A stretch of 64,000 nt of DNA from contig OX597817.1 of NCBI GenBank assembly GCA_951406725.2, positions 144,646,001 to 144,710,000 on the forward strand, given 5' to 3'. Positions 26,277 through 39,749 of this stretch are shown here, piece by piece. Position numbers and translations under genes: made by a program. The notes under the pieces are model-generated. The model searched no databases, had not been told where the DNA came from, and saw only the letters and a list, made by a program, of their open reading frames with translations. Numbering within the stretch: the first letter of the stretch is position 1; the number at the start of each line of letters is the position of its first letter. This stretch comes from Octopus vulgaris (lineage: Eukaryota).

Positions 26277-26783
26277 ACATGAAGAGAAATCTTCTCACAC
26301 ATATTCAGGAAGAAGCAGGGAAGGAGAGAATGAGAGAAACATTAAAATGTCTGCATTGAATCAGTGATGCCAAATGAGTGGCGCCAGAACAGCTATGCCA
26401 AAATGTCTCATATTCATCTTTAAAATATTTTCTTTAATTATTGAGTAATTTCATTCAGTTTGATACAACATTCTCTCAGTTCATTGTTGTAAACACACTT
26501 AGAGAACCATCAAGTTTTCTAAGTAGATCTAAAAGAAAAATAAATGGAAACCAGCAACAACCAGCTATTTTAAATATGCTTAATGGATTTGAAAAGTGTT
26601 TCTCATTACAACTGCTAATTAATTCTCCAATGAGTTGGGTAAAAAGAAAAAAATCTCTTGAAGTTGTTATTCAGTTTGTTCCGTAATTTAACCCCTATAA
26701 GAATGGCAATTCCTTTGTTTTTGCGTAGGCAAATAGCAAAAGTACAACACAACATATATAAACAATACAAATAACCAAATATA

Positions 26784-26843
26784 AAATGGGGTGTGAATTT
26801 TATTATATATATATATATATATATATAATAAAATTCACACCCC

Positions 26844-26881
<38 letters not shown>

Positions 26882-27024
26882 CTCTAGTTTCAGCTCAGAG
26901 CTGCGGCCATGCTGATGCACGTTACGCGAACATATGCATGCATACGTACGTTATATATATATATATATACAGACACTGGACAGACTTGGAGCCTCAACAC
27001 TTAAGTACCTAATTCAAGTGAATC

Positions 27025-27066
<42 letters not shown>

Positions 27067-27107
27067 TCTAGTTTCAGCTCAGAGCTGCGGCCATGCTGAT
27101 GCACGTT

Positions 27108-27142
<35 letters not shown>

Positions 27143-27195
27143 TAAGATTCACTTGAATTAGGTACTTAAGTGTTGAGGCTCCAAGTCTGTCCAGT
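26784..27195. repeat. Cluster of fold-back and direct duplications anchored on (TA)n tracts
   Basis: Inverted pairs 26784-26804/26827-26847 and 26975-27030/27140-27195; direct pair 26880-26923/27064-27107. Confidence 0.9.
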
Positions 27196-27327
27196 ATTGT
27201 CTGCACAGCTTGAAGTTGGATGAATAAAAATCAGATAAAAAATAGGGATGTTCAGATATTAGTGCATTTAATACCTGGACATTAAATCCAGTTTTTAGAT
27301 GGATTTTCATGAACAATGATGATGATG

Positions 27328-27733
27328 ATCATCATCATTGTTTAACGTCCACTTTCCATGCTAGCATGGGGTGGACGATTTCCCTGAGGACTGGTGAACC
27401 AGATGGCTGCACCAGGCTCCAATCTTGATCTGGCAGAGTTTCTACTGGATGCCCTTCCTAACGCCAACCATTACAAGAGTGTAGTGGGTGCTTTTACGTG
27501 CCACCGGCATGAGAGCCAGTCAGGCGGTACTGGCAACGGCAATGCTCAAGGGGTGTTTTTTATGTGCCACCTGCACAGGAGCCAGTTCAGCGGCACTGGC
27601 AACGATTTCGCTTGAATGTTTTTTTGTATGCCACTGGCACAAGTGCCAGTAAAGCAACGCTGGTAACAATCATGCCCTAATGGTGCTTTTTACATGTCAC
27701 TGGCACGGAAGCCAAGTTAGTTGCTCTGGCAAT
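27328..27733 (-). mobile_element. Element C with 4 internal units
   Basis: Matches 1089-1504 and 50365-50800. Confidence 0.85.
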
Positions 27734-28295
27734 GTACCATTTTTTAACGATAGATGAATGTGAGTGCAGGGAAATTTTGCTGATATTTCTAGCAGGTTGA
27801 GTAAACTGCATAGAGGCCCCTTTCTTAGCTTGTTGTCATCATGGTAGTAGTAGTAGCAGCAGTAAGAACAGCAACAGCACTGGTAACCTAATGAAATAGT
27901 TTTTCTTTAATGGCATTCACTCACAGATGCAGAAGGAAATAGTGCTGGTATGACCATGTGACTACAGCTGGATCATGTGATGACAATCAGACAATAGGTT
28001 CTGAGTGAAAATGTGTCATTTATTAAGAATGGAAAGTACAGGTCGTAACAACAGAAGGAAGATCAAAGAAGATTTGGGCAGAAGCTGTGAAGATTAGATT
28101 TAGAAGATACTCTAACAGATGGCATTATTCTATAAAATCATTGAAGTCATTATTAGCAAGAAAAATTGTAAATAGATTTTGTTGTTGTTGGAACCTGAGT
28201 GTAAATATGTTCAAAAACTTTCCTGTCAGGTTCAGATTTTTTTGGTTTTTCTTTTGTTTAGCAAATCTTAGAACTTTGATGTGTTCAGTTTCTCT

Positions 28296-28723
28296 TTAAC
28301 CTTTTAGCATTCAGATTCTTCTGTCAAATGTAATTTTTATTTATTCACATTGTCTTGAATTGATCATACAATATTTTGTGGTTTCAAGATTGTGATGATA
28401 TTTTGGAACAGATGTAAGAGGCTGGATCTGGCCAATTGGAACATAAAATTGGTAGAACACTGGGGCCAAAAACGGCTGATTTAACCCTTTCATTACCATA
28501 TGTATTTTGAGATGCTCTGTATTTCTTTCAATTAATTTTAAATATAACAAAGAATTTAGTAAAATAACTTAGTTATCTTTAAGCTAGCGTTAAGAACACA
28601 AATTATGACTAAGGTTTGGTGGAAGATTTTAGTGCAGAATTTTTGAAAATAAGACATTTGTACTACAGAGCCAGAGGTGGTTTCAGGTGGGTTAGTATCA
28701 AATGGGTTAAATGCTATAGGTTA
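28296..28723. mobile_element. piggyBac-like MITE family 2 with a family-1 MITE (28481-28710) nested at a TTAA
   Basis: Outer termini ttaaccttttagcatt/aatgctataggtta; inner TTAA-ccc...ggg-TTAA. Confidence 0.75.
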
Positions 28724-29449
28724 CAGTCATATAGTGTGATTTGTGGAAGTTTTCATTACTATTTCTTACAGACCAAGTGACTATGTAGATGCTCTGTCAT
28801 TATTGACTCAACAACAATATTGACGATGATGATGTCGATGACAATCTTGTAGTAGTAGTAGTTGTGATAGTAGCAGTGGTGGTGGTAGTAGTTGTTGTTC
28901 GATCATGGTTGCTGTGTTAGGCAAGGCTTCGATGATTTTCCGTTTTTTTTTTCTTTTACTGTAAGAGGAAAATGTTCTCTCTTCATTGTTAATAATTCTA
29001 ATTTTCACTTCATTTGTATTTTTCTTTTTTCTTTTACATAAACTATTTTACTTGGCAAACTTACACATGCACATGCATGTACACACACACATGCACACCC
29101 ACTAACCTATCTTACCATCAGCCACAGCAGTAGTAGTTTCGTTATATATAGTTTTTTAAAAAGCTTTTATGAATCAGATAAGTTTACATGTTACAACTGT
29201 TGCTATGCAGCTTATGCTGAATGGTGGCAAATGCTGTGTGAATCAGTTCATGTGTACCTGGAGTAAAATGGTGTTGGTTATTATTGTTATTCTTCTTACG
29301 TTCAAAGTTTAAATTCTACCAAGGTCAGCTTTGCATTTAATCCTATTGGGGTCAGTGAAGTAAGTACTAGTTAAGTACCGGGGTCAGTGTAATTGTCTAG
29401 CTCCTTCCCTGAAAATTTCAGGCCTTGTACCTATGGTAGGAAGGATTAT

Positions 29450-29920
29450 TATTATTATTATTGAGTGAGAGAGCAGTTCATGCCATCAAAGTGACACTGG
29501 GGTAAAATATACGAAGCCCAAATACCCATCATGACTACCCGTCTGATAAGGGTACACCAGGCACATGCATTACAACCATATGTGCGCGATATGGTGATCT
29601 CATATAAACAGCACATGACCTTGCAGGTGGGGCCCAGTTAGAATTTTCTTCAGGTTGAGTAGCCCATCCCGCTCAAAAGGTCCCTGAATAAGGGTTGTTT
29701 AAGGATGTTGAAAGAACCACCCATGTTACCAGAGGTGAATTATTCAAACCCCAAAGAATCCCTCTCAACACATGGCTATGATGCTCCCCCACTACTTCTG
29801 CTCATGATCAGAGATGCACATATCGTCAGCCACTAAGGGACATACTCAACTGGTTATGGTCAAACAACTGACAAGCAAATCTGTGGTATTGAGCAGAATA
29901 TTTGCTGTAGCCCATCTTTT
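29450..29920 (-). mobile_element. Probable non-LTR retroelement 3' end with (AAT)n tail
   Basis: GC-richer block that ends ctctctcactc(aat)n on the minus strand, lying in a SINE-B tail; single copy in the window. Confidence 0.4.
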
Positions 29921-29952
29921 ATTTATTATTATTGTTATTGTTGTTGTCAGCA

Positions 29953-30512
29953 TGGCAGTGAGCTGGCAGAATCTTTGGCATGCCAGGTGAAATGCTTAGT
30001 GGTATTTCATCCGGCTAGCTGGCAGAAACGTTAGCACGCCGGGCAAAATGCATAGCCGTATTTCATTTGCCGTTATGTTCTGAGTTCAATTCTGCCGAGA
30101 TCGATTTTACCTTTCATCCTTTCGAGGTCGATTAAATAAGTACCAGTTACGCACTGGGGTCGATATAATCGACTTAATCCGTTTGTCTGTCCTTGTTTGT
30201 CCTCTCTGTGTTTAGCCCCTTGTGGGTAGTAAAGAAACAGGTATTTCATCCGCCGTTATGTTCTGAGTTCAAATTCCGCCGAGGTCGACTTTGCCTTTCA
30301 TCCATTCGGTGTCGATGAAATTAAGTACCAGTTACGCACTGGGGTCGATGTAATCGACTTAATCCATTTGTCTGCCCTTGTTTGTCCCCTCTGTGTTTAG
30401 CCCTTTGTGGGCTACCAGTGAAACACTGGAGTCAATGTAATTGACTGTGCCCTGCCCCCAAAATTCCAGGCCCTGTGCCTATAGTAGAAAGGATTATTAT
30501 TATTATTATTAT
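29953..30512 (+). mobile_element. Nested/multimeric SINE-B
   Basis: Two full cores; ggtatttcatccg duplicated at 30001-30013 and 30240-30252. Confidence 0.85.
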
Positions 30513-30987
30513 TTAAGACGTCGCACAGTATCCAATATCATGATGTTGTTGAATGAAGATGTTGTGCCTACAGGGGTGGGGGTTGTACTGTCGGTCAAGT
30601 CACAACAAGGACCTCAGATAGACACAGTACTTTACACAATATGCGTGCAATTCCAAGTAATTCCGATTTAATTATTTCCCCTGTATGTCCTGAGTTCAAA
30701 TGCTGTGCAAGCCAATTTTGCCTTTCATTCTTTCAGGGTCGATAGGATAAGTACCAGCTGAACACCAGGATCAATGTAATCAGCTTCCCCCTCTCCTCAA
30801 AATTACTGGCCTTATGCCAAAAATTAGAAATATCATTAAAGCTGCAAACTGGCAGAGTTGTTAGCATGTTGGACAAAATGCTTTGCAGGATCTCTTCTGG
30901 CTCCTTACATTCTGAGTTCAAATCCTGCCAAGATCAACTTTGCCTTTTATCCAACCGAGGTGATAAAGTACCTACCAAATACTGGGA

Positions 30988-31469
30988 TTAACCCTTTTGT
31001 TACTGTATTTATTTTGCTCTGTGTTTATTTATTTATGCTCTGTGTTTCTTTCAATTAATTTTAAATATAACAAAGAATTTAGTAGTTTGGCCCCCGTGCC
31101 GGTGGCACGTAAAAAGCACCATCCGTTCGTGGCCATTTGCCAGCTCTGTCTGGCACCTGTGCGAGTGGCACGTAAAAAGCACCCACTACACTCACGGAGT
31201 GGTTGGCGTTAGGAAGGGCATCCAGCCGTAGAAACACTGCCAGATCTGACTAGGCCTGATGAAGCCTTCTGGCTTCACAGACCCCGGTTGAACCGTCCAA
31301 CCCATGCTAGCATGGAAAACGGACGCTAAACGATGATGATGATGATGATGATGAAACATAAATTGTGACTAAGGTTTGTTGGAAGATTTTAATTCAAAAC
31401 TTACGAAAACAAGACATTTGTACTCAGAGCCAGAGGCGGTTTCAGCCGGGTTGGTAACAAAAGGGTTAA
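30988..31469 (+). mobile_element. piggyBac-like MITE interrupted by element C (31088-31353, +)
   Basis: TTAA-ccc/ggg-TTAA termini with a C copy in the middle. Confidence 0.8.
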
Positions 31470-31746
31470 TGCAATCAATTAACAACTGATCCCTAAAACT
31501 AATATCCTGTCTACCAAAATTTGAAACAATTATTATTGTTATTTCATTTATGTACAACAAACAGATTAGACTGTTTGAAGAAAATTCTCAATATAGAACT
31601 GCAAGAAGTAACCTTAGATGCCAAGAACCCTCCTAAGTATCCTAGCTGTCCCCAATAACACTGCTACCAGGCGATGCACTAAACTAGGGCTATATTCCTA
31701 TTTCCCCTGTTTATCTGTTCATATCTTTAGGAAATTATTATTATCA

Positions 31747-32153
31747 CTCTTTTACTCTTTTCAGTCATTTGACTGCAGCCATGCTGGAGCACTGCCTTTA
31801 GTCAAGTAAATCGACCCCAGGACTTATTCTTTGTAAGCCTAGTACTTATTCTATCAGTCTCTTTTGCTGAACTGTTAAGTTACGGGGACGTAAACACACC
31901 ACCATCAGTTGTCAAGCAATGGTGGTGGGGACTAACACAGACACACAAACATGTACACACATATATATATATATATATATACATATATACGATGGGCTTC
32001 TTCCAGTTTCCGTCTACCAAATCCACTCACAAAGCTTTGGTCGGCCCGAGGCTATAGTAGAAGACACTTGCCCAAAGTGCCATGCAGTGTGAATGAACCC
32101 GGAACCATGTGGTTGGTAAGCTAGCTACTTACCACACAGCCACTCCTGTGCCT
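31747..32153 (-). mobile_element. SINE-A, full length
   Basis: Family match head to tail with central (TA)n. Confidence 0.9.
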
Positions 32154-32714
32154 ATTATCATTATTATTATTATTATTGTTATTATTGATATTATTGTTGT
32201 TTAGCTGTTGTAAGCTATATCTCTACCTTTCTACATTAAGCAACAGTGCAATAGATCAATCTCATAAAAAAAAAATAGAAATGTTTAGAATGTTCTAGAA
32301 ATATCTAACTTATGCACTTTGTTCTCAACATGTGAAAAAGCATTTTTCTGTGAATCAATACATTTTCTCTTGAAGTTAAGAATTCTTGTGTCAATAATAC
32401 ATATGTTAAAAATATTTCAAAGAAGTTAGTGTTTTATTTAACTTGTGGAAATTTCATGAAGTGAAAATATGAAATACAAGAGTTGGGACGACTTTCACAA
32501 GTATGTCACTTACAAATTGATTTCTTACATAAAACCTCTCAGATTTGTATAAGCTAGGCGGGATATCTTGATTTAAACAAAAACTAGCATAGAGAAGAAA
32601 TCAGAGTGGCCAGTGGCATATATTTGAATAACATAGACAAATACAGGTATATCAAATACTATACAACATAAATTCTTGATTTATTAAAATAACAGCTACA
32701 TCCAAGTGGGATCA

Positions 32715-33026
32715 CTGCTAGAGCAGCTATCTGGCATGTAAAGAGCACCATTTGAGCGTGATCGTTGTCAGCGTCGCCTCACTGGCACTGACACCATTTT
32801 TGAGCGTGGCTGTTGCCAGTACCACCAGACTGGCCCTTGTGCCGGTGGCACTTTAAAAGCACCCACTACACTCTCGGAGTGGTTGGTGTTAGGAAGGGCA
32901 TCCAGCTGTAGAAACTCTGCCAGATCAGATTGGAGCCTGGTGCAGCCATCTGGTTCGCCAATTCCCAGTCAAATCGTCCAGCCCATGCTAGCATGGAAAG
33001 CGGACGTTAAACGATGATGATGATGA
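32715..33026 (+). mobile_element. Element C
   Basis: Ends ggacgttaaacgatgatgatg. Confidence 0.85.
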
Positions 33027-34112
33027 TCTCTGCCTCTAGAGTAGGGGTCATAATTATGAAATGGCAATTAAGACCAGCTTCATATAAGAAAGAAAGTCAA
33101 TGTCAAGATTCAAAAATTCTTCAGTGTTGATTTGTCTTTAATAAGGAATAAGATTAGCTTATTGTCTGGAGATAAGAAGATGGTTGTGGACACAAGTCTC
33201 TGCTTCAATAGCCATCACTGTTGATCTGTTATTACTCCTCTTAGATCATGATATTTCTTTCATCTTTTACTCCTTCAAGTCATTCGAGTGTGGCCATACT
33301 GGGGCACCACCATGAAGAATTTTAGTTCAACAAATCAACCCCTGGGACTTATCATTTTTTTAAGCCCGGTACTTATTCTATCGGTCTCTGTTTGCTGAAC
33401 TGCTAAGTTACAAGGAGGTAAACACATCAAAACCAGTTGTCAAGTGGTGGTGCTGGTAACACACACACATAACAGGCTTCTTTTCAGTTTCCATCTACGA
33501 AATCCACTCACGAGGCTTTGGTCATCCCAAGACTACAGCAGAAGACACTTGCTCAAGGTGCCATAGGGTGGGACTGAACCTGGAATCATGTGGTTGGGAA
33601 GCAAACTTCTTACCACACAGCCATGAAATGTTGTGTGATCCTTTTAAAAATTGTAGTAGGTACTGTACATCCTTCGAGATTTTTTTTTTATTTCCGTAGT
33701 ACCTCAGTATCTAAGGTTTCTAAAGCTGTTTCAGCTAGGAGTGGATTTGAACTGAATACCTTCAGCTTTGTTGTGTCTGTGATGTTTCCGTGAGTAGGTC
33801 ATATTTCTCCATGATATATTTACATGTAGCTAAACTGTGCCATTGATATTTAAAGTACAGACGCTTATGGTTGAATAGTAATTGTAAATCGTTTAGACAA
33901 ATATGTCTGTATTGTATTGACTCACCAGCTGTGGTTGGTATAACTTTAGTCATGACTAGTTATAACTGTATAGGCTTAAGATATAACTGTACACAGCTCC
34001 TGTCAATCTGTCCAACCCATGCCAGCATGGAAAACAGATGTTAAATGATCATGATGGTGATGATCCTTGCAGACGTGTGTTACGCAGTTTAACAGGATCT
34101 AATGGATCCAAA

Positions 34113-34401
34113 TCATTTCACCTTGCTTCAGTCCACTCAGCTGGCAAAAATAAGTCGAGGGATCGTGGGTTCGAATCTCAGACCGGGCGGTGTGTGTGTT
34201 TATGAGCAAAACACCTAAGCTTCACGCGGCTCCGGCAGAAGGTAATGGCGAACTTCTGCTGACTCTTTCACCACAACTTTCTCTTACTCTTTCCTCCTGC
34301 ATCCTGCAGCTCACCTGCAACAGACCAGTGTCCCGTCCAGGTGGGGAAACCAGGAAACCAGCCCTTATGAGCCTGGCATGGCTCGAGAAGGAACAAACAA
34401 C
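34113..34401 (+). mobile_element. Chimeric tRNA-SINE insertion with 12-bp TSD
   Basis: aatggatccaaa at 34101-34112 and 34402-34413; B box ggttcgaatc; (AAC)n tail. Confidence 0.75.
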
Positions 34402-35519
34402 AATGGATCCAAAAGACTGCATCATGCTCTAATGTTTACTTCGCCATGATTTTTGTATAGCTTGGTGGCCCCTCCTAACACCAACCATTTTAGAGAATGT
34501 ACTGGGTGCATTTTTACAAGGCACCAGCACTAGTGAGGTCCCCTGCAGCCTGCAAGACTAAGATCCCTTTTGAGTGGGACCACAGTAGAGAGGCAGATGG
34601 CTTTATGCTATGGTTAAACTGAAGGAGAAGGGGCCAAAAGAGAATTATTAAAGGGGAGCTACATATCCACTCACATTGTAGAAGAGTGGGTTGGAATGGT
34701 CAGTATGGGCCTGGAAAGAGATAAAAATAGTGCTGATAAGGTATTAAAGTAGATCCTCAAGGTATGAGGTGAGCAGAAGTGAGTGGGGACTGGAGAACAG
34801 GAAGTGTGGGTGGGTAGAAGGTGCCAGAATGTATGAAAGAGCAACCTCTACTCATATTTAATATAGCGGTCATTTTCTGTTATTTTCTTCAGTGGACTTG
34901 AGAAATTAAACCTTGATTCTTCAGTGATAAATCACATTCATATTGAGGAAATGATCTCAGTTAAGAAATTGAATTGAGATATTTGTTCAATAAATTCACC
35001 AATGGAACTTCATAGTATAATGATGACCTCGGTTTTTAGTCTTTTTTTTAATGTTTAAATCAATTTTGTATGCTTCGGTCAAATCTCCTGAATAAATCTA
35101 TTGACCCCCAACTATCTGCTTCTTGACTTTGTGAGATTAGGAAGTAAGCTAAGATGTCTCCCAACTACTGGTTGATGGAAGGACAGGGTGTGGGCATGGT
35201 TCCTCTCAGATTAAGATGTAAGAACATTAAAAGAAAGTATTAATCTTACTAAATGTTCAGGTCCAAGAATTTTTAGTGCATATTCCAAATATTCAGGAGA
35301 ACTAAAACACACAGAATGCATTGTCCTATTTATAGCTTCACTGAAATGAGTACAATAGATTTGAAATCATCTGTAATTGTAATTGAATAAGTGAATCTAT
35401 TGGCTATTTCATCTTTACAGTGTCAGGAAGGGCTTCATTGATTTGTACAATGCATCAAACTTTGCAGAACCTTCAGCTCTTGCTATCATAAAAAAAAAAT
35501 AAAATAAATAAAATACACA

Positions 35520-36001
35520 TTCTTTTATTCTTTTACTTGTTTCAGTAATTTGACTGTGGCCATGCTGGAGCACTGTCTTTAGTTGAGCAAACCGACCCCC
35601 AGGACTTATTCTTTGTAAACCTAGTACTTAATATATCAGTCCCTTTTGTTGAACCGCTAAGTCACGGGGACGCAAACACACCAGCATCGGTTGTTAAGCA
35701 ATGTTGGGGGGATAAACACAGACGCATAAACATATGCACACATGCATGCATGCATACATACATACATACATACATATATATATATATACACACATTATAT
35801 ATATATATATATACACATACATATACATATATATATATACACATTATATATATATATATATACACATTATATATATACATACACACACACACATATATAC
35901 AATGGGCTTCTTTCAGTTTCCCTCTACCAAATCCACTCACAAGGCTTTGGTCGACCTTAGGCTATAGTAGAAAACACTTACCATGCAGCCACTCCTACGC
36001 C
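35520..36001 (-). mobile_element. SINE-A with expanded central microsatellite
   Basis: Family match; about 170 bp of TA/CA tract. Confidence 0.85.
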
Positions 36002-37170
36002 ATGGTGTAAAAATTATAAAACGATTTGTACCATGATTTCTGTATCTTTAGCTTTTTTGATACCAACTTTCTTGATACTACCCCTAGTTCTATGATACAA
36101 GTTCCCTCTTTTAAAATGATCTAAACTGAAACCTTCCATCAAAATTCATGTAAATTTATGTTCCAGCCACAAGGTTAATAATACTGAAATTATTTTACTT
36201 AATACTTTGTTATTTTCAAAATTAATTGAAACAGAAACAGTGTATTTCAACAGAATATGGCAACAACAGACCATTCTTTGAACTATGAGTATTCGTGAAA
36301 CATCTTGAGAATTTGTTAAATTTGGCAACCGATGTAAATATTGATCCATGATGGGATACTGTTTACTATCAACTTATTATTTTGGTTTCTGTTTGACTTT
36401 ATCCTTAATAGCATCTTGCTTGCTTCTTTTTTTTTTTTCCTTTTTTTTTTTACTTTTCTCTACTCAACTGGCATTATTTAATTTTTATCTTAACTCAAGA
36501 TTTTATGTAATCAGCATAATTTTCAATTGTTTCTTGGGTCTTTTTTTGTTGCCACTGGATATGTCTGTCTATGTATTTGTAGTTATGAACTTCCTTTGTA
36601 AGTGAATAACAACTGGCCACTCACAAAACATTTATTCCACTTGAGTCTTAGATATTTCTGTTGGTCTGTATCCTCTGCTTTCCATGCAAATTCTTTAAAT
36701 TTATCCTATAAAGAAAGAGTTAGTTTGCAATAAACAAAATCCATCAGTAGAATTTAAAGAGCAACTAGTGTGAAGAGTAAAATGCTAAATTTTAAGAAAG
36801 TCTTGCACATTTTTACCATTCCTCCAACAGACTGAATATGCAGAGTGCATATTACATAATAATATAGCTAGGTTTTGGCCATTATTGATTCAGTCCTTGT
36901 TTAACTCATTATCAGAACCCACCCGAGTAGGGAGTTGTTGTTTGTCAAGATCTGTCCAGGTATTAGTAGTTTGCGTGGTAACTCTTGGAGGAATATATTT
37001 AGGTACCATTTAAAAGTTATGGGTCTTTTCCTTCTTTGATTTCTCTTAGAGTAATATTGAATCAGGCAGGACCAGTTAAGGGGGAAAACAATGTGTTACA
37101 ACATTGTAACATCATGTGATGTGATGCATTTTTTTTGTCCTTGAAAACCTGGAGACACTAAATATCAAGA

Positions 37171-37781
37171 TTAACCATTTAGCATTTCAACTGGCTGTAT
37201 CAAGCCCAAAAATTCTATCTGGTTTATATGAAAACCAGCCAGATCTCACCTCTTACACCTGCCCTACAATATCAATGTAAAAAGGCGGCGAGCTGCCAGA
37301 AACGTTAGTACACCGGGTGAAATGCTTAGCGGTATTTCGTCTGCCGCTACGTTCTGAGTGCAAATTCCGCCAAGGTCGATTTTGCCTTTCATCCTTTCGG
37401 GATCGATTAAATAAGTACCAGTTACACACTGAGGTCGATGTACTCGACTTAATACCTTTGTCTGTCCTTGTTTGTCCCCTCTATGTTTAGCCCCTTGTGG
37501 GTAATACAGAAATAGGTATTTCATCTGTCGTTACTTTGCCTTTCATCCTTTCGGGGTCAATAAATTAAGTAGCAGTTGTATACTGGGGTCAGTCAAGTTG
37601 ACTGCCCCTCCCCCTCCCCACCAAAATTTCAGGCCTTGTGCTTTGAGTAGAAAAAAATATCATTGTAAAAACAATTAAGCCATTGAAATCTTGAAGCCAT
37701 GAGATATTGCAGGACTAATTCAAAACAATGTGAGTAAATAAGCATTACATTTGACAGAATAATCTGAATGCTAAACAGTAA
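37171..37781. mobile_element. piggyBac-like MITE family 2 containing a SINE-B dimer (37281-37655, +)
   Basis: ttaaccatttagcatt...aatgctaaa termini; body matches 28296-28480 in reverse. Confidence 0.7.
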
Positions 37782-37921
37782 ATGTTTTAATGTTTAAACA
37801 CTGAGTAATGCATCCATTTTATCCAATGATTTACAGTTGCAAGTGTAGATTTATATTCATAGTTAAGTTTGTTGTAATCTCAAAGCAATTCCCCATACTT
37901 GTTCTCTTTATCATTGGTTTT

Positions 37922-38270
37922 CATCATCATCATCATTGTTTAACATCCATTTTCCGTTCTAGCACGGGCTGGACGGTTTGACTGGTGTCTTGGAAGCCAG
38001 GAGGCTGCACCAGGCTCCAGTTTGATCTGGCAGTGTTTCTACAGCTAGATGCCCTTCATAATGCCAACCACTCCCTGAGTGTAGTGGGTGCTTTTTACGT
38101 GCCACCAGCACAGGTACCAGGGGAGGCTGGCAGTGGCCATGATTGGTTGGTGCTTTTTACGTGCCACCGGCACAGAAGCCAGTCAAGGCAGCACTGGCAT
38201 CAGCCACGTTTGGATGGTGCATTTTACGTGCCACCGGCACAGGGATCACAACTACAGTTTCCATTTGATA
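37922..38270 (-). mobile_element. Element C with 3 internal units
   Basis: gtgc(t/a)ttttacgtgccacc(g/a)gcac repeated at about 60-bp spacing. Confidence 0.85.
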
Positions 38271-38715
38271 TGTAATAAATGTTTAATAACATCTCACATC
38301 TTTTGTTTTTAACCAAACAATTATTTGGGACCTATTATTGCTAGAAGCCGTCCGTTAAATGATGATGACGATGTCCCACCCATGTTAGTATGGAAGGTGG
38401 ACATTAAACGATGATGATGATGATGACAATGTATTTTGTCAAAGTTTTGCTGGAAAGGTTCCACCAATATTTTTTGTGTTGAAATTTTTGGATGTATATC
38501 GTAACATTGTTGCTTTTCCCACCAACACCACCAACCTCACAAATTCTTCATACAGATGGCATTACATGTTATAGAGAAAAAATGGCATGCCACATTAAAA
38601 AGTGACAGTATTTAGGGACAGTTGCTGATTAAATGTGTAATGTCTTGTTGAGAAATATTTGATATTTGACATTTCTACTTCATCGTGTAGGTTTATATAT
38701 GCTTTGCTATATATA

Positions 38716-39118
38716 AGGCGGCGAGCTGGCAGAATCGTTAGCACACCGGGTGAAATGCTTAGCGATATTTCGTCTGCCGTTACGTTCTGAGTTCAAATTC
38801 CGCCAAGATCAACTTTGACTTTCATCCTTTCGGGGTCGATTAAATAAGTACCATTTATGCACTTGGGTCAATGTAATTGACTTAATCCGTTTGTCTGTCC
38901 TTGTTTGTCCCCTCTGTGTTTAGTCCCTTGTGGGTAGTAAAGAAATAGGTATTTCATCTGCTGTTACGTTCTGAGTTCAAATTCTGCCAAGGTCGACTTT
39001 GCCTTTAATCCTTTGAGGGTCGATTAAAAAAGTACCAGTTATGCACTGGGGTCGATGTATTCAACTTAATCCCTTTGTTTGTCCTCTCTGTGTTTAGCCC
39101 CCTGTGGGCAATAAAAAA
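38716..39118 (+). mobile_element. SINE-B dimer
   Basis: aggcggcgagctggcagaatcgttagc head; second core restarts after aagaaata|ggtatttc. Confidence 0.9.
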
Positions 39119-39497
39119 ATATATACATGCTTTGCTATCTCTTTTGGATGTGTCATTCTCCTTGTGTGTGTGTGGAGGTGTATATGTATGTGTGCACGCA
39201 TACACACACACATACACATATGTAGGTGCAGGCATGGCTGTTCAGTTCAAAAGCTCACTTTTGAAACAGGCTTTGAAATTCAATTGCACTATGTGGATGC
39301 TGTCACTTGGTTTTCTCTCCTATAACCATAAGTTGACCTCTACCTTGTGAGTAGATGGAAACTGTGAAGAAGCCTGTTGTGTGTGTGTGTGTGTGTGTGT
39401 CTATGTGTGGGTGTTAAGGATGTTCGTATTTTTCCTAATCTTCATGTGTGTTCACCGATCTTAAACAAAAGCCTCACTGTTCATGCACATGATATTG

Positions 39498-39709
39498 TTT
39501 ACTCTTTTACTTGTTTCAGTCATTTGACTGTGGCCATGCTGGAGCACTATCTTTAGTTGAGCAAATCGACCCCAAGACTTATTCTTTGTAAGCCTAGTAC
39601 TTATTCTATCAGTCTCTTTTGCTGAATTGCTAAGTTACGGGAATGTAAACACACCATCCTCGCTTGTCAAGCGATGTTGGGAGGACAAACATATACACAC
39701 ACACACATA

Positions 39710-39749
<40 letters not shown>

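Noticed and set aside
35662-36010. YI/HT-rich ORFs (also at 24.3, 39.6, 46.0 and 63.0 kb)
   Set aside because: Microsatellite and SINE-A translations.
38086-38245. CRISPR-like repeat/spacer pattern with a hairpin repeat
   Set aside because: The spacers are homologous to each other, the array lies inside a dispersed RTE tail, the DNA is eukaryotic and there are no cas genes.
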